DNA of 64,000 bases from Eledone cirrhosa (Eukaryota): positions 319,486,001 through 319,550,000 of the forward strand of contig OZ024742.1 in assembly GCA_964016885.1 (NCBI GenBank), given 5' to 3'. The translations under genes and the position numbers were made by a program. The notes under the pieces were generated by a model that saw only the letters and a program-made list of their open reading frames with translations, was not told the origin of the DNA and did no database searches. Every line of letters begins with the position of its first letter. Position 1 is the first letter of the stretch. This document shows, in pieces, positions 52,334-64,000 of the stretch.

Positions 52334-52431
52334 TTTAACTCAAAATAATGCGAACAGATAGGCATGACATTTGAAAATTTATGCGAATGCTAAAGGATTA
52401 AGTGCTAAGTTAAATGTTTGCATGCATATAA

Positions 52432-52657
52432 ACCCTTTAGCATTTAAACCAGCTGATTCTGGCCAGAATTCTCTCACCTCTTTCTGTTAAAACTGGCCAT
52501 AACTGGCCTCTCATACTTATGTTAAGGTGTTGTTCACAAAATAAATAATATCAAAATCTCGTAGATTCAATATTGTGTGAGATAATTATGTAAGGTAAAA
52601 CCTTTACCATGAAAATATAATAGTATATATAGAGTAATGTAAATGCTAAAGGGTAAA
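52432..52657. mobile_element. piggyBac-type MITE
   Basis: aaCCCTTTAGCATTTA ... TAAATGCTAAAGGG terminal inverted repeats. Confidence 0.75.
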
Positions 52658-53302
52658 GCTGGCTTCACAACATATGAATATAGACTGTAGGATTCATTTG
52701 AGCATAATGCCAATTGTGTGAAAGAAATAAGGCATGAACATATACTGACAAAAAAGGAACAAGCTGGTTTATAATGTATGAAATATTCTGTTTTGGGACC
52801 TTTTCTGGCACAGTCACACACACACACACACGTGTGTGTCAGCAAGAAAAGGTCATCCGACCTAACATCGCCCACAACAGGACAACCTGTCTAACCCATG
52901 CTAGCATGGAAGAATGGACGTAAAACAGTGATGATATTCAGCACATGTCCCTTTACTCAACATTTTTATAGTGTTGATGTCAGAAAAATTGTGCTACATT
53001 AAATTCAACTGTGTCATTTCTCCTAAGTTTACTCATGTTTATGAGATTGAATTATGGTTTGATACAAATAATGAAGGCACATGGCTGATTGGTTAGAAAT
53101 GGGAATCACAATCATGAAGTTGTGATTTCGATTCCCAGACCAGCAAGACACTTTATTTCACGTTGCTCCTTCTGCCTGGATTTGTAACTAACAGATAGTA
53201 TTAGCAATCGAGAAGAGCAATGGAAACAATGTTTTCTCAGTCTGATTTGACAAGCTCCACCCCACTCGTTAAGCAAATGAGATCTGGGTCTTTTCGATCG
53301 AC

Positions 53303-55912
<2,610 letters not shown>

Positions 55913-55914
55913 TA

Positions 55915-56518
55915 TGTCAGGTCACCAGTTGGTGCTACTGGTAACATGTATCCCAGTACAACCTGTCCCATGGTCGGGTCGTTGGCGACTAAACTGGCAA
56001 CCCCACCAAGGTTTCTTGGTGAGGAGGGTGACTTTGGACATCCTGCAGGACTAAAAACAAAACCTGTCAAAGGGCAAAGGAGCTCTTAAGAGTCAATGGC
56101 CATCCAAAATCACCGGGAGAGATGACCCCTTTGTCAAGGCAGAATTCTAGGAGAAGGAAAACTCTGATATAACACCTGCAACCCTGATGGTATCCAATGA
56201 TGTTGACTTGTTCTTCTTTTTGGTAAATATCATCTTGGTTAAGAGAGTGGGACTGGCTTTGTGCAGTGCCTTTGCTCACTATAAAAGCTTCACGGCACAG
56301 GCATTGCTTTATATCTGGAGATCTCTCTGCACTTGTCGTCACATGGTACCATGGGCCCAGCACTATGTGTCAGTAATTGTCACAAGTGTAGTGTTTGTAC
56401 CAGAGTTTTCAAGTCGCTGGCTGGACTAAAAAGTCACACTCGTTCAGCGCATCGGTAGGGGTTCTCCTACATGGATATAAAGTAGTGGCCGTACTCGAAA
56501 ACGAGTTGGCAGCCACCA
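55915..56518 (+). mobile_element. Non-autonomous RTE/BovB-like derivative (5' UTR-like head plus ORF 3' end)
   Basis: Head ggtcgggtcgttggcgactaaactggcaaccccacc; terminal C2H2 [23 protein letters not shown]; 3' hairpin ctcgaaaacgag then (TA)n; second copy at 4750-5152. Confidence 0.7.
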
Positions 56519-58204
<1,686 letters not shown>

Positions 58205-58498
58205 AATGAGAGGTATAGAGATTGTTTTAGCGAGAAGCTAACAGCATTCTATAACATATATGTGACTATAACGTCAAGATGGGAAAAGTAGTTAATGTAG
58301 GATTTAGGAAAAATAATTCAAACTCATCTCATCTCAAAAGAGAATCAGGATATAAATTCATCCACAGAATTTAGTGAAATCCAGGGAAAAATCAATAGAC
58401 CTTTAACTCATGATAAAATAAAGTTTAAAACACTTATCCTTCAATTTGGAATAACATCAAATGCTCTGTATAGTCTTAAAAGACTATTTCATGAAAAC

Positions 58499-59010
58499 AT
58501 ATTATATATTTATATATATATATATATATTATATATTTATATATATATATTATATATTTATATATATATATATATTATATATTTATATATATATATTATA
58601 TATTTATATATATATATATATATTATATATTTATATATATATATTATATATTTATATATATATATTATATATTTATATATATATTTATATATTTATATAT
58701 ATATATTATATATTTATATATATATTTATATATTTATATATATATTTATATATATATATTATATATTTATATATATATTTATATATATATTATATATTAT
58801 ATATTATATATATATATTATATATATATTATATATTTATATATATATATTATATATATATATTATATATATATTATATATTTATATATATATATTATATA
58901 TTTATATATATATATTATATATTTATATATATATATTATATATTTATATATATATATATTTATATATATTATATATTTATATATATATATATTATATTTA
59001 TATATATATA
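58499..59010. repeat. (TA)n/(TTATA) low-complexity array
   Basis: Seen directly. Confidence 0.95.
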
Positions 59011-59972
59011 CTAGCAGTAAAGCCCGGCGTTGCTCGGGGTCGCTCAGTAGCTGTGTTAAAGTTACAATGTTAAGTTTCTTTCTTGGCTTAAAAACTGTAG
59101 TGTCTACTGTGCAGACTTGCATGTGGTGTTTTTGATTAATATTCCCTCAACCAACAATATGCCTTATGAAGTTAAGAAAACATAACGATAACCCGAATGT
59201 TATAACAAAAGAGGATGCTGGGGATAGAAACTGCACTGGTTATTTATTAACAAAGATCGAAAATGTAAACACTGCAACGCAGAGAAAAACATTAGCGTAA
59301 CCAAATTATCAGTTATGTCTGTCTGCACGCCTATATCACCTCTCTGCACGACTGTCTGTCTGCACGCCTATATCACCTCTGCACGACTGTCTGTCTGCAC
59401 GCCTATATCACCTCTCTGCACGACTGTCTGTCTGCACGCCTATATCACCTCTCTGCACGACTGTCTGTCTGCACGCCTATATCACCTCTCTGCACGACTG
59501 TCTGTCTGCACGCCTATATCACCTCTCTGCACGACTGTCTGTCTGCACGCCTAACGACAAAATATTTGCTTGTTTTACGTAGTCTTTAAATAGACTTGTT
59601 TTCAAGTAAAAATATTGTTTTAAAATGCTTTTAAATGGAAATGAAGCAAAACGGAAGCTTAGTGTTCAACTGTTCGTGTATTGTGTTAATGTCATTTTAA
59701 ACGCTGAGAAAGCCAGCGTAATTTTTTACGTAAGACGCTCAATGTAAACACACAAAGGGAAATAACTGATAACTTACGCTCAAAAATCGATACATTATAT
59801 TCGATTTCGTCACATAGGGTGGGTCAATTTGAAATATTTTTTTTCCGATGTCTTCGCTAGGGCTCAATGTACAAGTATAGTAATTTCGGTGCAATTCCGT
59901 GAGAGATTCTAAGAGGAGATGTGTGCCAAAAATCGATAGACAGACAGACAACCACAGTTTTATATATATAGA
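59011..59972 (-). mobile_element. Non-autonomous Helitron, longer copy
   Basis: Reverse complement has A|TC...hairpin cccgagcaacgccggg...CTAG|T; about 6 minisatellite units and an extra ~170-bp segment relative to 7554-8253. Confidence 0.92.
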
Positions 59973-60468
59973 TTATATATATATATAATATATATATTTA
60001 TATATATATATATTTTTTCTATATTTATATATATATATTATATTTATATATATATTATATATATATTATATATATATTATATATATATTATATATATATT
60101 ATATATATATTATATATATCATATATATATTATATATATATTATATATATATTATATATATTATATATATTATATATATATATATATTATATATATATTA
60201 TATATATTATATATATTATATATATATTATATATATTATATATATTATATATATATTATATATATTATATATATATATTATATATATATTATATATATAT
60301 TATATATATTATATATATATATTATATATATATTATATATATTATATATATATTATATATATTATATATATTATATATATATATTATATATATATTATAT
60401 ATATTATATATATTATATATATATATATATTATATATATATTATATATATTATATATATATATATTAT
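59973..60468. repeat. (TA)n/(TTATA) array
   Basis: Seen directly. Confidence 0.95.
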
Positions 60469-60469
60469 G

Positions 60470-60660
60470 AGGGCGGTGGATTGGCAGTATCGGTAGAGGG
60501 TCGGACGCCATGCTTTCCAGCATAGTTACGTCTCTTTACGATCTGAGTTCAAATCCCGCCGAGGTTGACTTTGCCTTTCATCCTTACGGGGTCGATAAAA
60601 TAAAGTACCAGTAATGCACTGGATAATTGCTGGCCTTGTGCCTAAAGTAGAAACAATTAT
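60470..60660 (+). mobile_element. SINE group 1 (subfamily b), full length
   Basis: gggcggtggattggcagtatcgg...gttcaaatccc...gcctaaagtagaaacaattat. Confidence 0.92.
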
Positions 60661-60698
60661 ATATATATTATATATATTATATATTTATATATATATAT

Positions 60699-61870
60699 TC
60701 ATCATCATCATCATCATCACCGTTTTACGTCCGTTCTTCCACGCTAGCATGGGTTAGACGGGTTGTCCTGTTGGGCAGTGTCTGGTCGGCTGACCATGCC
60801 TTGCTCATACAGGAACTGATCTGGCTTGAATTCTACAGCTGGATGCCCTTCCTAACACCAACCTCATTTACAGTGAGTGCTGGGTGCTTTTTCGTGGCGC
60901 CTACACGTCCACTTTACAGTGTGGGCTGGGTGCTTTTTTGCCGTGGCACCTCCACGACCACCTTGCGGTGGGGGGGGGGGAGGGGCATATTGTTTATATG
61001 CTTCAGCATGTACCCATGGGAGGTCGGGTACCCTGTATTACTGCGTGACGCCAGAAGTCACGGTCGTGTGTCATTGACTTTGAGAGGTGTAGTTGGGTAA
61101 GGTCGGCTTTTATCACCTCATCCCAGGTCATCTTGGGTCTCCCCACTCCGCGGTTTCCATCAACTTCTAGTGCTCTGCACCTTTTTATGCAGCTGTCATC
61201 CTTCATACGCATCACATGTCCATACCAGCGTAACCGCCTCTCCTGCACGCAGCATTTGATTCCTCTTATGCTCAGTCTCTCTCTCAATTCCTTTATGCTT
61301 TGTCGTTCACGTATATTACTGTTACACATCCATCGGAGCATGCAGGCTTCGTTTCTCTCTAATCTACGTAAGTCTTCCACCTTCAGCGCCTAGGTCTCAC
61401 TACCATGCAACATCGCTGTTCGGATACACGCATCATACAGTCTGCCTTTCATTCTGAGGGAGAAGCCTTTTGCAGCTAGCAGTGGTAGTAGTTCCCTAAA
61501 CTTCTTCCATCCCGTTCTTACCCTAGTTATTGTACTTTCTGAGCACCCACCTCCGTTGCTAATTCGGTCACCTAGGTAGCAGAACCTGTCTACTGTTTCT
61601 ACAGGGCTCTCCCAGAGATTGGTGGTCCTTGTTTCCTGTGGCTGTTTGCTTGCTGTTTCAGCACAGCTGCTGCATGTGAATCCTACATTCTTAATTAAGC
61701 TTCCTGAGATCCCGCTACATCTCTTGTGTACCCATTGTTTGCATTTGGGGCAGAGAATGGAGTTCCTACCTACACCTTTCCTACATACTGAGCAAGGCCA
61801 TTTCCCTGAGGGGATCTGGGTTCTGTTTTCTCGTCTACTTATAAGGACCTTAGTCTTTGTCATGTTGACT
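60699..61870 (-). mobile_element. RTE LINE family A, 5'-truncated
   Basis: Near-identical to ~31650-32824; one TGG>TAG stop near 61390; (CAT)n tail; TA arrays on both sides. Confidence 0.95.
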
Positions 61871-62077
61871 TATTATATTTATATAATATATATATATATA
61901 TGCTGACTAATATATATATGCTGACTTATTACATTTATATATATATATTATATTTATATATATATATTATATTTATATATATATATTATATTTATATATA
62001 TATATTATATTTATATATATATATTATATATATATATATATATTATATATTATATATTTATATATATATATTATATA

Positions 62078-62108
<31 letters not shown>

Positions 62109-62119
62109 ATTATATATAT

Positions 62120-62451
62120 CATCATCATCATTTCATTTTACGTCCACTTTTCCCTGCTTCCAAGGGTGGGGCGGGAACTGATTCTGGCTTGATTTCTACA
62201 GCTAGATGCCCTTCCTAACACCAACCTCATTTACAGTGAGTGCCGGGTGCTTTTTTTGCTGTGGCACGTCCACTGTACAGTGGAATGATATGGACCCCAG
62301 TCCCTATCATCTCATTTCTACAGCTGAGTAAACTGGAGCAACGTGAAATAAAGTGTCTTGCTCAAGGAAACAACACATCACCCAGTCTGAGAATTGAACT
62401 CACAACCTTTCGATTGCAAGGCCAATGCTCTAGCCACTGAGCCATGTGCCT
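62120..62451 (-). mobile_element. SINE group 2 with RTE-A tail
   Basis: Near-identical to 15345-15673 and 34262-34694. Confidence 0.9.
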
Positions 62452-64000
62452 GTATATACCTCCATAACATAAGGCATGTGTCAAAACTCAACGATGCTTA
62501 AACTTATTTCTATGCAAAGTATATCACGATTTGGCGATATATATTATTCTGAATAATAGTTTGTTTACAAAAATTTATATATATATATTATATATCATCT
62601 GAGAAATTTATGTATTGATTTGAGAAAGTGTTTTGAGGAAATACATAAACTGTTAAAAGATGTCTCATAAAATGATTGGTATTTAAGAATAAATAAAACA
62701 TGTTGCTGCTCTCGGTTTTATATGTAGATTTAATCACCATTCTGATATCAATCTACCAGGATTACTTCTATGGTTCAAAGTTGTTTGTTTTAAAATCTTC
62801 ATATTTAATTTTAAATCATAGGTTTAGGTAAGAACTTTTGTTAAATTATGCACCAAACACCAGCTTAATAATGAAAAAGTTTGTAACATTACTAATTCTC
62901 TTTAAATTCTTCATTTGAAAATCATAGGCAGTTTGTTTTATTAGAAGTATGGTAGAAAAAGAGTTAAGTGGAATCATTTTTCAAATTGTATTTAATGCCT
63001 GAACAACTCTGTAAATTCACTAGCTCAATAAAAGTTTGGAATTTTATGTAAGAATGTCTAAATTACGGAAGCTGTACCTAGAAATATCATGAAAGAATAT
63101 GAAATGATGTAGTTTTTGTGCATGTGTCCATCATATCAGAGCCCCGAGCACAGCTTGAAGGGTGGAACTAGTAAAATATCTAATTAGTTTAATATCTTGA
63201 CTGTCCAAGCTATTTTTAAAACAATGAAGACAATGGACACTTAGCTTTTAGGCGGTTGCTTTTATAAACCAATATACAACACCATTTTTTAAAGTAGATT
63301 TGTTTGACCAGTCATTTTCTCTGCAATAGTCTGAAGGATGGATGTTGTAGAATTATAAAAGAATGTAATTAAATATTTTCTACAAGCAAATCTTTTGTAT
63401 AGATTCCCCTTGCTGTTTCTTTCATACACTTTGTTCAAGAGTCCCAAAATAACCATAGCAAATAAGACAGACTACATTATTTGGTCTGATAGAAAATCAT
63501 AATTTGATGGAAGTGAAGCATTTTCCTGTAAATATCGCTACTTTTCATAATGATCAAATTATATGAATAAAACCATTTGCAAGTCTATATTCTTGTGATC
63601 ACCCATATTAACACTTTCTATTCCCTCCCTAAAAGTTTTCTTTGTTACAAGTAATCTCTTTTTCTTTCTCTTTCTCTCATTCATTTTTAGTCTGTTAACT
63701 TTAATAAATGGTTCCAGCAACCATTCATGTACTTAATGGTTTCATTTTTATTTTGTCTACAGTCATTTTAATAGGAATTGAACTTCCATTTTCTTCTCAA
63801 TTTTTAATATTGTTTTACAAGTTTAACATACACGCACGCACATGTAAAAACAAATTCTTCTTCTTCCTATCTGTAAATTAGAAAATCTTATTGTATTTAT
63901 AAAGGGAAAAAAATCTTAAAACCAAACTTTTGTTTTGGAAGAAAAATAAAACTATTTATTTCAACAGTAATGCATTTTATCTGATTTATCTCTGTAAATA

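Larger units (their letters stand above)
51141..52397 (+). mobile_element. Non-autonomous piggyBac derivative, copy 2
   Basis: TTAA|CCCTTTAG ... CTAAAGGA|TTAA; closely similar to 28449-29633. Confidence 0.92.

Noticed and set aside
59315-59552. Regularly spaced direct repeats resembling a CRISPR array (also 7801-7948)
   Set aside because: Head-to-tail minisatellite with no unique spacers, inside a eukaryotic Helitron, and no cas genes
60470-60560. tRNA-like A/B boxes in SINE heads
   Set aside because: No cloverleaf; they continue into SINE core and tail, several with TSDs, so they are not tRNA genes

Overview
AT-rich eukaryotic non-coding DNA (intergenic or deep intronic). The SINE/LINE repertoire and microsatellite load suggest an octopus (inference). 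No host protein-coding exon, tRNA, rRNA or CRISPR array is supported; most long ORFs in the track are translated (TA)n/(TATG)n arrays or antisense frames of transposons. Contents: (i) 5'-truncated RTE-clade LINEs of at least two young families ending in (GAT)n, whose ORF carries a C4HC3 PHD-type finger inside the RT C-terminal region; (ii) a Penelope-like (GIY-YIG) element whose putative 3' end carries a minimal type-I hammerhead and whose 5' end is a perfect inverted copy starting at the predicted cleavage triplet; (iii) a ~450-bp near-perfect palindrome with a minimal hammerhead on each strand; (iv) two tRNA-derived SINE groups, one sharing the RTE 3' tail and one inserting at ATTAT(T); (v) non-autonomous Helitrons, piggyBac derivatives/MITEs, mariner, Tc2-like and hAT-like remnants and an L1/Tx1 3' end; (vi) kb-scale compound TA microsatellites that host nested insertions at 0.8-7.3 kb and 53-62 kb.
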